NCBI GenBank assembly: GCA_977017575.1
Contig: CDRNVI010000002.1
Coordinates: 248,001-312,000 of the forward strand
Length of the DNA stretch: 64,000 nt
Direction of reading: 5' to 3'
Origin: Paramoeba atlantica
Lineage: Eukaryota; Protista; Discosea
Part shown: positions 54,367 through 64,000 of the stretch, piece by piece
Position numbering within the stretch: position 1 is the stretch's first letter
Layout: every line of letters begins with the position of its first letter
Position numbers and translations under genes: made by a program
Notes under the pieces: generated by a model
Database searches by the model: none
What the model was told of the DNA's origin: nothing
What the model saw: only the letters and a program-made list of their open reading frames with translations

Positions 54367-54950
54367 GTGAAGTCTACTGAATACATACAGCATGATTTCA
54401 AATTTTTAAAAAAATTCAATTTTTTTTTGATCTACACTAAATCCTAGACCCACTGCCTTACCCCCGTACCCCGCGGCGGTACCATTCTTGTTCCGCCGCC
54501 TGAATAATCTGGGCATTGCCCCTCTGAACGGCCACCCCTATAGCCATCAACATATGCGAGAGGCACCGTTTTTGTCCGAAGTGTGGGCCCTCGCCACCTT
54601 CCGGAGAAAGTCCAGGGTATCAGGGCCCGGAATCCCATAGGTTGTGAACGATAGGGGGTGTAATTCTATCTCTCTCGCTTGCGCCATGTCGTTGTGGGCG
54701 TGACGTTTGTTGGCTTCAGCCGTCCTAAGGGTATGGGACGGCTCGGCGGCCTCCTTCCCGACGGAGGTAAAAGAAATAGTTCATTTGTTTCGTAAAAGGG
54801 GGAACAGACAATGCACATCTGTCCCCCCTGATCTCTCCTTATTTTTTTCGGTTCCCTCCCTAAACGTTTTTTGTTCCCTCCCTAAAGAATCGTATGGGGC
54901 ACTGTACAAAACGTTATCGGTGAATCCTTCAAGTAAATAAAAGCTCTTCT

Positions 54951-55018
54951 TCAGTCCGTGATGCTCGTGAAATTTGTTATCATAATTTTTCAAGTGTTTG
55001 ACAGTGAATAGTCATCAT
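54951..55018 (-). ncRNA. Box C/D snoRNA candidate, family B copy 2
   Basis: Near-identical copy 652 bp away; boxes and D-guide unchanged. Confidence 0.65.
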
Positions 55019-55043
55019 GTGAAGTCTACTGAATGCATACAAT

Positions 55044-55920
55044 ATGATTCCGACTTTGATACAAACATTTAAAATGAAACGTTCATTCGTCTCGATAAAA
55101 ATAGAGATGCAGACAATTCAAGAATCTAAAAGGGTCAAGAAATTTGCAGCCGGACTGAGGCATTCTTTTGGAATTCAAGAATGTACCAAGAGAGGTCGGA
55201 GAATGAGAATAACTGAGACGCACAAGTTAAAGCGCATTAATTTGGCCAACACTTTGCTTGCATGGCCTCAGGCAACTCTGAATAAAATCATTTGGACGAA
55301 TGAGAAATTGTTTAAGTGCGGTGTTCACGAGTCTTCTCAATTTTACATCGCCCCAAAAGATGGCCAAGGAAAACCAACCCGAAGGAATCGGAGGTGGTGT
55401 TGGGGAAAGGGGCTGATGGCTTGGTTGGGGATAAGTGATGATCATGGGCTTTTTTCGCATGTTTTTGAGCCCAATGGTGGGTGCACATACGAGAATACAC
55501 ACAAAGTCTCTTTCAGTCATTCGAGAGGTTTCATGGAGTACCTTGTGGGACACGCGTCCAATGTTACATTACAAATGGGCAACGCCACTGCGCACAATTT
55601 GGCGAAAGCAAAAGCGCCCAGTGAAAACATTGCTCTGCTGGACTGATTCCCCAATTCCTCCGACCCCCCATACTTGGCTTGACAACTGTGCCTGTCACCA
55701 CATTCCCAATAATAACCCTGATGAAAACACTGCATCCCTTCTGCGTGGCGTGGTCTTCTGTTGTGAGACCATATGGCACCAGGCAGTCCCGGTGAAAAAA
55801 AGGAGGCAAAGCTCTTCACTAGGGGAACGAGAGAAACCACTGTATATTCGACCCCAAAGTTACAGAAAAACCGTTCCCGGAATTGCAAGATTACAGAACT
55901 CATGGTTAGGAAAGGCACAC
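55044..55920 (+). pseudogene. Tc1/Tc3-like transposase remnant
   Basis: TETHKLKRINLA, IIWTNEKLF, GLMAWLGIS, QMGNATAH, LLD*FPNS; catalytic aspartates degenerate. Confidence 0.7.
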
Positions 55921-56358
55921 TAAACGCAACACTGAATGAACTTCACATCATTTCGTGTTAAAAAAACTGGGATAGGGTGATAGCACTAAAACTTGTATGT
56001 CGCGCCATTCATTTGTTACAATTCAGTGTGCCCTTAATCAGTCAGTGTGGGGGATGTAGTATGCTGCAAGGCGATCTATAATAAATTTGTAATCAAATGA
56101 TAAGTACATGTGTATGTAGTCAAAAGGCTTCTCAGATTTTTCAAAGAAATTCTACCTTGTGCTCTATGCCTATTACAATGTCTATACTCTATTTCTGACA
56201 ACAAGGCTCCCCGTCCGCCTGGCGTGGTATTAAAGGCTGCGTAATCTAGACGCGACAGGGTTCTTATGACGAGTATGGTCTTAAGCTCTAGTCTAGAACG
56301 CTAAAGTAGAGCTTTGACCACAGCGCGACAAAAATCACTGTCGTGTAAAGTCACTGTG

Positions 56359-57840
56359 TCACTGTCGAATCGTGTCATTTATAGCTCGACGTATGGAGTG
56401 CCGAAGTATATCGCTACTAACAGATTCCCCTCTCCATGTTCTGAGCACTCGATTAGTAATTGAAACTGCCTGGGAAGGGGAGACGACCCGATCACGCACG
56501 TAAGGCTTCAGCTCTTCTGTAACTTCACGTACTAACGGCAGGCTTCGGGCTGTCTGTGGCAATCTCGAAACGTTACCCCTTTGGTTGGAAATCACATTGG
56601 CAGAGGAATGAGGGTTAGTGTACATCACACGATTGCCACCCTTTTCCCTCCACGGAGGCGAAGCTGTGGTCAAATTGTTGGAAATCGCAGTAGTGAGGGA
56701 AGGAATAGTGCGATGAGCGTAGGAGTGCAACGCATTGCGCATGTTCTGTCGGTGCGTTTCGGCCAAATCATTCTGATGCTTCCGAGATGCAAAGTCATGT
56801 ATACCCTCCTGTCTTTGTTGTGTGTACCACTCCTGGGCGGATCGAACGCCAGCGGTTGTGGAAAATTCGCCCGCGGGTAGAGATCTTGTGCTAGTCGACA
56901 GTGCAGGCGCCGGCGTACGCACAAAACCCGGTACCTGGAGACTGCTACTGGATGCTACAAGCGTGTTCGAGGATGGCTGAATAGTTGTAGAAAATGTCGG
57001 TCGACGCGTTTCGCGTGGTGGTGTGTCTACCACTATGTGGGGTGCTCGCTGCGCCATAGGCCGGGTACTTCTTTGAGATTCCCTCGGATACTCGGTCCGG
57101 CGTGGCGTTTTGTCTCTCTCCGACAGAAAACTACTGTGTGTGTAAGCTAACTCGAGCAGCGATAGTTCCTCTCTATCCTCCTCCCGTTCCCGTCGTGGAC
57201 AGGTCGGCGGAGTTGTGTTCGGGGAATCAACCTCCACAAACGAGATCTCTCTCGGCGGCGTTGTGATCTCCACCTGCTCTCCACGACCCGGACTTCCTTC
57301 CCCCCTCGTTCTCTCCTCCCCCCTCCCCCTCACCGGCGTCTCCTCCCCGATCAAACTACACATCCCACAGAACCACTCCCCCTCCGGCACCCTCAACAAC
57401 ACCGGACGCAAACAATCACAATGCGCCGCCCCCTCACACCCCTCCCGGGAACACAACAACAGCACCTCCTCCCGGTCCCCTTCTCTGCAAATGTCACACA
57501 CAATCTCCTCTACCCCCTCCCCCTCCTCACTCTCCTCCCCCTCCCCCTCCCCCTCCCCCTCCCCCTCCCCCTCACTCCACGTGTAGGCCTCCTCGGGCCG
57601 CAGCACCTTCCGCCTCACCGTGGTCTGGGTGAGACAGCGGGGGGAGGGCTGGCCCTGGCGCACGTGGTGGAGGGACGCGATCTGTGCCCTGCACACGGGG
57701 CAGGTGCTCGCGGTGTGGGTGACCCAGTGCGTGATGCAGGGGAGGTGGAAGGTGTGGGGGCAGCAGGAGAGGGCGCAGAGGGCGAGCGGGGGGATGTCCC
57801 CGTCCGTGCCTGTGGGGTCGCAGATGACACAGGGGGGCAT
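56359..57840 (-). CDS. RING-finger plus PHD-finger protein (PHRF1-like architecture)
   Basis: CVIC...CPHTFHLPCITHW...CPVC and CDIC...LLLC..EGC...HCDCL...GEWFCGMC. Confidence 0.8.
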   Translation of the reverse strand: MPPCVICDPTGTDGDIPPLALCALSCCPHTFHLPCITHWVTHTASTCPVCRAQIASLHHVRQGQPSPRCLTQTTVRRKVLRPEEAYTWSEGEGEGEGEGEGEESEEGEGVEEIVCDICREGDREEVLLLCSREGCEGAAHCDCLRPVLLRVPEGEWFCGMCSLIGEETPVRGRGEERTRGEGSPGRGEQVEITTPPREISFVEVDSPNTTPPTCPRREREEDREELSLLELAYTHSSFLSERDKTPRRTEYPRESQRSTRPMAQRAPHIVVDTPPRETRRPTFSTTIQPSSNTLVASSSSLQVPGFVRTPAPALSTSTRSLPAGEFSTTAGVRSAQEWYTQQRQEGIHDFASRKHQNDLAETHRQNMRNALHSYAHRTIPSLTTAISNNLTTASPPWREKGGNRVMYTNPHSSANVISNQRGNVSRLPQTARSLPLVREVTEELKPYVRDRVVSPSQAVSITNRVLRTWRGESVSSDILRHSIRRAINDTIRQ

Positions 57841-58479
57841 AGGGGGGGGGTAGTGGGGTAGAAGGTGGGGTGGAGAAGGTGGTAAGGTGTAGATGGTGGG
57901 GTTACATGGGGGGGTAGGAGGGTGTAGGCGTGGGGTAGAAAGAGAGAAGAGTGTAGAAGGGGAAAGTGGAAAGGAAGGTAGAGGTTTTTTGGGGTGATTT
58001 CTGAAAGCTTAGGATATATAAATTGCGCTTTTCAACGGCCTTCGACACCCATCTTAGAAGTTCACGTTTCCATTTAAAAGCAGTCACCCGGATGACCATA
58101 CACTGGGATGCTATACTAGACATTTCGACCCTCTGACATGGCTTAATCCAGAACATGAATTTCATCTTTGACATCGTTTGCTTAGCCGAAAAATAAGAGG
58201 CCAAACTGCTTAGCATTACCATTTTGCAGATGATACTAACGCCGACCTTAGAGTAGGCAACCTAATCAAACGATAGAAATACCGTTTCTGTAAAAATTGA
58301 TTTTATCAAGTTGGCAATTTTTTGGGGGGCCGTGCAAAAATTAGGAAACGAAAATTGATGAATTTTTAATCAGTAAAACCTTTTTATTATTTTACAATAA
58401 AAGTTTTACTCAGTTTTGCGAGCACTGTACACCCACTGTAGGTACTGTATACCTAAAGTACGAAAAAAACATTTAGTTT

Positions 58480-58643
58480 TACTTCCCCCCTGTTTAAGCG
58501 CACATGGTTTTCCGTGAAAAGTGAGCTTAAACGGGGGGTCTGAATCACTACGTAAAAACAATTTGGCGCCAGGTCTGCACCGCAACTCTACATGTACGCT
58601 TAAACGGGGGGTCTGACCGGGTACGCTTAAGGGGGGGACAGTA
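58480..58643. mobile_element. TA-flanked MITE with internal GCTTAAACGGGGGGTCTGA duplication, 164 bp
   Basis: Left tacttcccccctgtttaagcg; right (reverse complement) tactgtcccccccttaagcg. Confidence 0.55.
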
Positions 58644-58922
58644 TTATACATCCCTTGACAGAAGTGTGCTTCCCAAGCGAATTTTGATTCTTTTATCCGG
58701 TTTTGTTCATTTTTGTTATATTTTGCTGACCTCGTTCTGATATCGAAGTGACCCCCTAGTGTTGTATATAAGCAAACTATAGGACGGCATTGAACAAACC
58801 GAGGTGAACCGACATCGAACCTGGACGTGTTTATCTTTCATATTGAAAACTCTGTACATTGAGTTAGGCAAGAATTTAAGCAAAAACTAGCAAAAAAAAA
58901 TGCAAGAAAATGTGTAAAACGA

Positions 58923-60590
58923 TTAGGATTTGTGCAACCTTTTAGGCAAGTGACTAGACGCTTCGGACTTGGTATCCCTCGAGTTTGAAAGGTCCATAAC
59001 ATCTAATGGTATAGGCACGTACTCTTCCATGTGAGTCGTGACTTGCTTCTCTAAGTCAGAAACATTACAAGTCGTGAGCAATGTCTCCGCAGAAGGCACA
59101 TTGAAAGGAAGGGAAGAAGTTCCTGGGCAAAATATTCCCTCCTTTGACGTTACTCCATAGAGCAACAATGAAGGCAAAGAGCTCGTCGGTGAGAGGTCTG
59201 CAGGAGGTAAGGCTACAGCCCATCGATGAGAACGTACTGCAGGTCCCTGTGGGGTGTGTGAAAGTTGCCCTTCAAGAAGCAGCGCACTACCCTGTCTTGC
59301 TAATAACTCTACAATACAACGAAATGTAACATAGTTGGAGCAAAAGAAACGAGCCTGTTTTCCCGCAAGCTGTTTTTCTGACATAGAGTTCTCGGATGAC
59401 TTCACTCGAGAGGCCAAAGTAGACTCCGCACAGGGAATGAGATAAGAGGCCTCGCCACGCAGCCATGCAATGTTTATCGAGCACTGTAGCAGAACCGCAG
59501 TAACAACCCAAAGTGTGGGCCACGGAATAATATTATGCTCTGTTGAGTTAACACGTTGGCAGGGCACCGCATCAACGACGACACCAATGAGTGTGCGTTC
59601 TCTACCAGAATCCTGTGCTCTGTGTAACTTTTGATCGAAAACAATTTCCACAGTTTGTGAATGATTTGGGGAAAAGGGTCCCGAAAATAAAAGACGGGAA
59701 ACGGTTTCCGACACTCTACTTGGACAACAAAAATGACGCGATACGATAACTTGTTTAGAGTCGTTTTGAGAAGGGACCAAGTTGTGACTGAGCTTACGTT
59801 GGGAGCGGGAGAGTGGATCTTGATTGAACCCGGGAACGTGTATCCAGGATAGGTGTACTGCAGGGCGCTCGCTCTCCTGTTCGGAACAGTGCCATTCTTG
59901 TTGACTTTGAAACTCGACTAACAGAGAGCTGATATCGCATATCGAAAAAAGGACTATATGGACCACGTAAGTCGAGTTATGTGATTGTAGAAAGCTGCTT
60001 CTCTTATCCGTACGGCAACGTTTACTGTTCTTGCGATGCGACAACAGTTCAGCGCTATCTCTTATACGGAGCGTGACTGCATTCTGCAAGGTGCAAAGAA
60101 AGAGATTCTCGCTTTTCGAAAAAAGTGCTTGCTTGGTTGAATAATTTGCATCGGGATGTCTAGAACTTGAGGCGTTCGAAGATCCAAAACAGTAAAGCTG
60201 TACATACTGTGGTTTTCTAATTACATCCAGTAAATGGGTGTAGTGTACAACTTCGCTACGTTGATTTAAGAGCAAGGTAACCTGTGGATTAATTTTAAAG
60301 TTGGAAGATAGTCTGTCAGAACCTGTGGATTGATTTTCGCTCCTGAAGCTCACCGAATCGCAGATAATGGAGCATAATCTTTCTAAAAGTTCGGATTGCC
60401 CTGGAGGTATCCTGGTATCCAGTAGTATGTGCAACATGGTCCAGAAGAAAATAGAAGTAGCATTAAAGGAAAATAAAACTAAAGGACACCGCTTCGTAAG
60501 TGCTTTCCGTATACAGTAAAATATTTTGTAATGTAAATAGGTACTCGGTAGTTTCTGAAACAATTTAAACATACATACATGTATGTGCAA
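58923..60590 (-). CDS. Hypothetical protein
   Basis: Long ORF on the cluster strand; likely start at 60437 (MLHILLD); no family recognised. Confidence 0.55.
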   Translation of the reverse strand: MHIHVCMFKLFQKLPSTYLHYKIFYCIRKALTKRCPLVLFSFNATSIFFWTMLHILLDTRIPPGQSELLERLCSIICDSVSFRSENQSTGSDRLSSNFKINPQVTLLLNQRSEVVHYTHLLDVIRKPQYVQLYCFGSSNASSSRHPDANYSTKQALFSKSENLFLCTLQNAVTLRIRDSAELLSHRKNSKRCRTDKRSSFLQSHNSTYVVHIVLFSICDISSLLVEFQSQQEWHCSEQESERPAVHLSWIHVPGFNQDPLSRSQRKLSHNLVPSQNDSKQVIVSRHFCCPSRVSETVSRLLFSGPFSPNHSQTVEIVFDQKLHRAQDSGRERTLIGVVVDAVPCQRVNSTEHNIIPWPTLWVVTAVLLQCSINIAWLRGEASYLIPCAESTLASRVKSSENSMSEKQLAGKQARFFCSNYVTFRCIVELLARQGSALLLEGQLSHTPQGPAVRSHRWAVALPPADLSPTSSLPSLLLYGVTSKEGIFCPGTSSLPFNVPSAETLLTTCNVSDLEKQVTTHMEEYVPIPLDVMDLSNSRDTKSEASSHLPKRLHKS

Positions 60591-60598
60591 TACAAATG

Positions 60599-60997
60599 CT
60601 ATCTATTCAGATACGTTGATTCCATCGCTTTCTTCATCTTTTTCGCGAATGCATCAAGTGCGTCGTTTTGAAGCCGCATGCCTTTCTTGTAATCGTATTC
60701 AGCACTATTGTGATTCGGGGATGGGTCAGGCAGACTCTCTTTTCTACCCCCTTTCAGAGAACTCGAATGACAGAGAGCCTTTGCTATCCAGTCTCTTTGG
60801 TTCTTTCCGTGAGTGGAGGATCGAAGATGTAAATTGCCGGTTATATAGCGATCACGTCGGTTTGGCGTCCAACGAGTTCCTCTGGGTTTCGTCAGAGATT
60901 GCCTTTTAGAAAAGGCGTTAACAGTACTCATGGGACTCTCAGTAATGGGAATTACGTATTGTCCGTGAAAAAGCTTGTAAGCCGTGCGAGCGAACAT
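60599..60997 (-). CDS. Small basic protein with mitochondrial-type N-terminus
   Basis: 132 aa starting MFARTAYKLF; basic. Confidence 0.55.
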   Translation of the reverse strand: MFARTAYKLFHGQYVIPITESPMSTVNAFSKRQSLTKPRGTRWTPNRRDRYITGNLHLRSSTHGKNQRDWIAKALCHSSSLKGGRKESLPDPSPNHNSAEYDYKKGMRLQNDALDAFAKKMKKAMESTYLNR

Positions 60998-61168
60998 TAC
61001 TTTGGCTAGTAACGAAATTAAAGTTTGTAAATAATCAAGTCGATACCAAAATTATTTACTCATGCTTTTTTATTTATCAGATATTTTTTATTTATTAGAT
61101 ATAGTGAAGCAACAAAATGTGCGTGAAATAGTGACGAACGCAAATTATGGTGTTATCATAATTTTCTT

Positions 61169-62554
61169 TTAAGAATCTTGGCACCCAGCCCATCGTGCGA
61201 TGTATTCTGGATTATATGTCTTGTGCATAATGGAAGGGTTACGTCGAATATATCTCGCCAGAGCTGAAAGATTCTGCCGAGTGTGGTGTGAACCCTCTTC
61301 AAGATATTTGTGCCAAGGTTGCGAAGAGTCTTCCCGCAATGCGTTGCTAACCTCCGGTGTATAATCGGTAGTTTGATAGGCATGTGATGGGAATTTCTCC
61401 AGTGGATTATTAAAAGAACTTCGATTCCTTGAAAAGCGGTGCTTCGTGCTTCTGAAGGAATAAATTGATGCTAAAAAAAGAATAACGGAGGAGCATGCCC
61501 ATATATTTTTGTGGACAAGGCCCAAGAGCAACAACGCTTCGAAAAGGTATATTCCACTATTGGCGCAAATAAGCAATGGCCTGTCAAGATGAAGATATTG
61601 GAGTAGTGCCGTTATGAACACGCCCCATGCGACTAACACGGGGTAAACCCATGGGCGTCCCATGATGTAAACGTATACAGTTTGCATGATGTTTTGAGTA
61701 AGAATACCTCCAATCAGATTCCATGCGCCGAAGGATAGTACGCTTGCAACTCCAATTTTTCCAATGCTCGTGCGACATAAATCCGCGCTGGCCCAGTAAA
61801 GGACTAATGCTAAGAGCAAGAAGCTTCCCAATGTAGCGCACAATAGCCATTGCACTAAACGAACTTTAATGATGAGCCGGGTTGCCGCAAGGACGAGTAA
61901 AAGCAGCACGCAGGAACAAAGAGTAGTCGTATCATAACTGCGGTAAACATAGATGCTAAGAGATACTGGGCCATCGGTCACGCAACCAGATTCTTTCCGG
62001 ATCCTTAAACTCGCATTACTATCAATAATCCAAAGAGAGAGTATTGGAATGGATGCCACACAGGACGATATTTCACCTGAGGTTGAACACGTAGAAATTT
62101 CCTGAAGTTGTTCTGGGAAAATATATTTACTTAATGCTAACAAGTCAGACCATTGAGAACGAAGTTGGTCGCTAATATATAGACTCTTCAAGTTGGTTTC
62201 AAATTGTAGTTCGGACGATGAATAGGATATTGGCACGGCTGGTTTTGCTTCAACACGCAAAGCAACATAAATGCTTGAAATAGGGGCCGAAAAATAGTCC
62301 CAGAACAAATACGGTAATGAGGACCCATATTTTCGCTCGCGCTTCGTCGTCGATGAGTCCTGCAAAGTGATCCAACAAGTATCCTTTAGAGAACATTGTA
62401 TGTAATCTCCTGCGTGTAAAGTTTGGAGATGCTCGCAAGGTAAAGACACTGAATATCTTTCATCCTGCTCAGACTTCAGTTTAGTTCTCCGGGTCTCTTC
62501 GGTGGCATCGTAAAAACTTGCATGCGTCAGAACGAATGGCCAGATCCACCACAT
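61169..62554 (-). CDS. NEMP/TMEM194-like nuclear envelope membrane protein
   Basis: Signal peptide, lumenal domain, about 5 TM segments, C-terminal KYLEEGSHHTRQNLSALARY similar to the NEMP tail motif. Confidence 0.55.
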   Translation of the reverse strand: MWWIWPFVLTHASFYDATEETRRTKLKSEQDERYSVSLPCEHLQTLHAGDYIQCSLKDTCWITLQDSSTTKRERKYGSSLPYLFWDYFSAPISSIYVALRVEAKPAVPISYSSSELQFETNLKSLYISDQLRSQWSDLLALSKYIFPEQLQEISTCSTSGEISSCVASIPILSLWIIDSNASLRIRKESGCVTDGPVSLSIYVYRSYDTTTLCSCVLLLLVLAATRLIIKVRLVQWLLCATLGSFLLLALVLYWASADLCRTSIGKIGVASVLSFGAWNLIGGILTQNIMQTVYVYIMGRPWVYPVLVAWGVFITALLQYLHLDRPLLICANSGIYLFEALLLLGLVHKNIWACSSVILFLASIYSFRSTKHRFSRNRSSFNNPLEKFPSHAYQTTDYTPEVSNALREDSSQPWHKYLEEGSHHTRQNLSALARYIRRNPSIMHKTYNPEYIARWAGCQDS

Positions 62555-62889
62555 GGTTCAAATAGTTGGTTCACATAATATGAAGAAATTTTAAAATAAG
62601 CGCAAAATTTTAGAATATATTTTTTTGTATCGCTCCTACATGTCGTGGTCTTAAGGAGGCGGTCCGAATCCATCATATTTCTATTCCACCAAAATTCGTT
62701 AGAGTAATATTCTAGTCGTTTATATCATTTTACTTACTTAGTATGTCTAAGACTTGTTTATTTTAATTATGGGGTTGTCCTAATTTATGGTACCGCGCAC
62801 TACTTTCGACATTTGATGTATTTTTCGGGATTCGACTGTCACGAACCTTAAAATGAGTCACGAGGCATGTTTTGCGGGTTTTCACGCAT

Positions 62890-63906
62890 TCACCTTTCCG
62901 AATCACCGCACATAATCCCGGGGCTCGATCGCAGATCCATAACAGGCACTTGAATGCATTTACGGGTGCGAAAAATGTTGAGCGGGGAGCGTTGAAAGGT
63001 TGCACAAGCTTCCCAAGGTGCGTTCAAGTCCTTTAACAGCACATTCACACTCTGCGCATCCCATAAACCCGACAGTTGTATGGGACCCATTTCACAAACC
63101 TGTGTGTTTGACTGAGCCACTGTGACACGAGCCGTCGCACGAGGAGGACCGACGACCTCCACAAAGGTACGTTTGTCCAACGAGGGCTGTGCCCGTAGAT
63201 CTACCGACTCAGACCAATTTTGGTTCGCCCAGATGCACAACAGAGCGGATAAAAAAACTGTTTTAAAAGCAGGACGTACACGTGCAGTGCCAATGATAAG
63301 CCCAACCACGAAATTGGCCACCAGAACGTGCCAAAGATACATCTCTGAGAGAATTGAAATTCCCACGAAGAATATAATCGCGAGCACAATACTTACTACA
63401 AACGCAGCCACTACTGCAGCAGAAGCCATTTTTCCATCAGCCCCAATGAACCCTTTGTCATAAAGTTTTCTCTTTTCCACACGAGAGAGAATTTCATAAC
63501 TGTCCTTTATGCGCTGAAACTCAGCCACCTCGCCTCCTTGATCGGGATGATACGTTTTAGACAATTCGTAAAAGCGACGCTTGACTTCGGAAGAAGACAC
63601 AGATCTATCGAGTCCAAGTCGTTCATAAAGATTTTCGCTCCAAGGCTTTGGATCTTTTGTAGAGTTCTGGGTTGTGGATGTAGTGAAGTCTCTTCTACAA
63701 AGAATGAAAATAGTGGTGCTTTTACTAAAGGTAACATGAAGATAATTCCTCAACACATCACTTCTTTCGCAATATGATGAGTTGATTTGACGAATTTCTC
63801 TATGCGCAAAAGGCCTCAGAATGGAATGGTATATTGGTACAGATAGCCTCCTGGAAAGTCCTTTGGACAATAGATTCCTAGTAACTGATAGTGCCTGCAT
63901 ATTCAT
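62890..63906 (-). CDS. DnaJ (J-domain) membrane protein with mitochondrial-type presequence
   Basis: LYERLGL...YHPD...FQRIKDSYEILS...RKLYD followed by 2-3 hydrophobic segments. Confidence 0.85.
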   Translation of the reverse strand: MNMQALSVTRNLLSKGLSRRLSVPIYHSILRPFAHREIRQINSSYCERSDVLRNYLHVTFSKSTTIFILCRRDFTTSTTQNSTKDPKPWSENLYERLGLDRSVSSSEVKRRFYELSKTYHPDQGGEVAEFQRIKDSYEILSRVEKRKLYDKGFIGADGKMASAAVVAAFVVSIVLAIIFFVGISILSEMYLWHVLVANFVVGLIIGTARVRPAFKTVFLSALLCIWANQNWSESVDLRAQPSLDKRTFVEVVGPPRATARVTVAQSNTQVCEMGPIQLSGLWDAQSVNVLLKDLNAPWEACATFQRSPLNIFRTRKCIQVPVMDLRSSPGIMCGDSER

Positions 63907-64000
63907 GGGATTAGGATGTTTTAAGAATATGGGACAAAATGAACATCATACAGAAATTGGGGATTGTCTTAAACACTTCTTGAATAATGTAGCTAAAAGT

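Noticed and set aside
56275-56320. Hairpin TGGTCTTAAGCTCTA...TAGAGCTTTGACCA as a possible H/ACA-like RNA
   Set aside because: Single copy, no correctly placed AGA box or pseudouridylation pocket identified; lies just downstream of a CDS stop.
1-64000. tRNA, rRNA or spliced-leader RNA genes
   Set aside because: No cloverleaf with A/B boxes, rRNA core sequence or SL exon motif was recognised by eye; a covariance-model scan would be needed to exclude them fully.

Overview
Compact, apparently intron-less eukaryotic chromosome segment. About 28 housekeeping CDSs all lie on the minus strand, as in a kinetoplastid polycistronic gene cluster. A trypanosomatid-type cytochrome c oxidase subunit X, a CRK9-like kinase and a kinetoplastid-type RPL14 support that assignment; a Perkinsela-like prokinetoplastid is my inference, not proven. 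Recognisable genes: PPR protein, twin-CX9C protein, NAA15, PDS5, eIF4E, receptor-like STE11 kinase, DDX55, PDI-like protein, SAM-SLX4-like protein, CLP1, RAD51 paralogue, RTF2, YqgE/AlgH-domain protein, RING-PHD protein, NEMP-like protein and a DnaJ protein. Gene blocks are separated by 2-7 kb islands of DNA transposons and their debris. These include a complete IS30-family element (25-bp TIRs, 2-bp TSD, open 301-aa DD33E ORF), a complete Merlin element (8-bp TSD), Tc1/mariner, hAT-like, PIF/IS5-like and possible IS256-like relics, and several MITEs. Two duplicated C/D-box snoRNA candidates sit in these islands. Nearly all transposase remnants face opposite to the host genes. About eight 1-1.5 kb GC-rich islands show a C-rich to G-rich skew switch that cuts across coding sequence. 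All coordinates, counts and alignments were made by eye; no database search was run.
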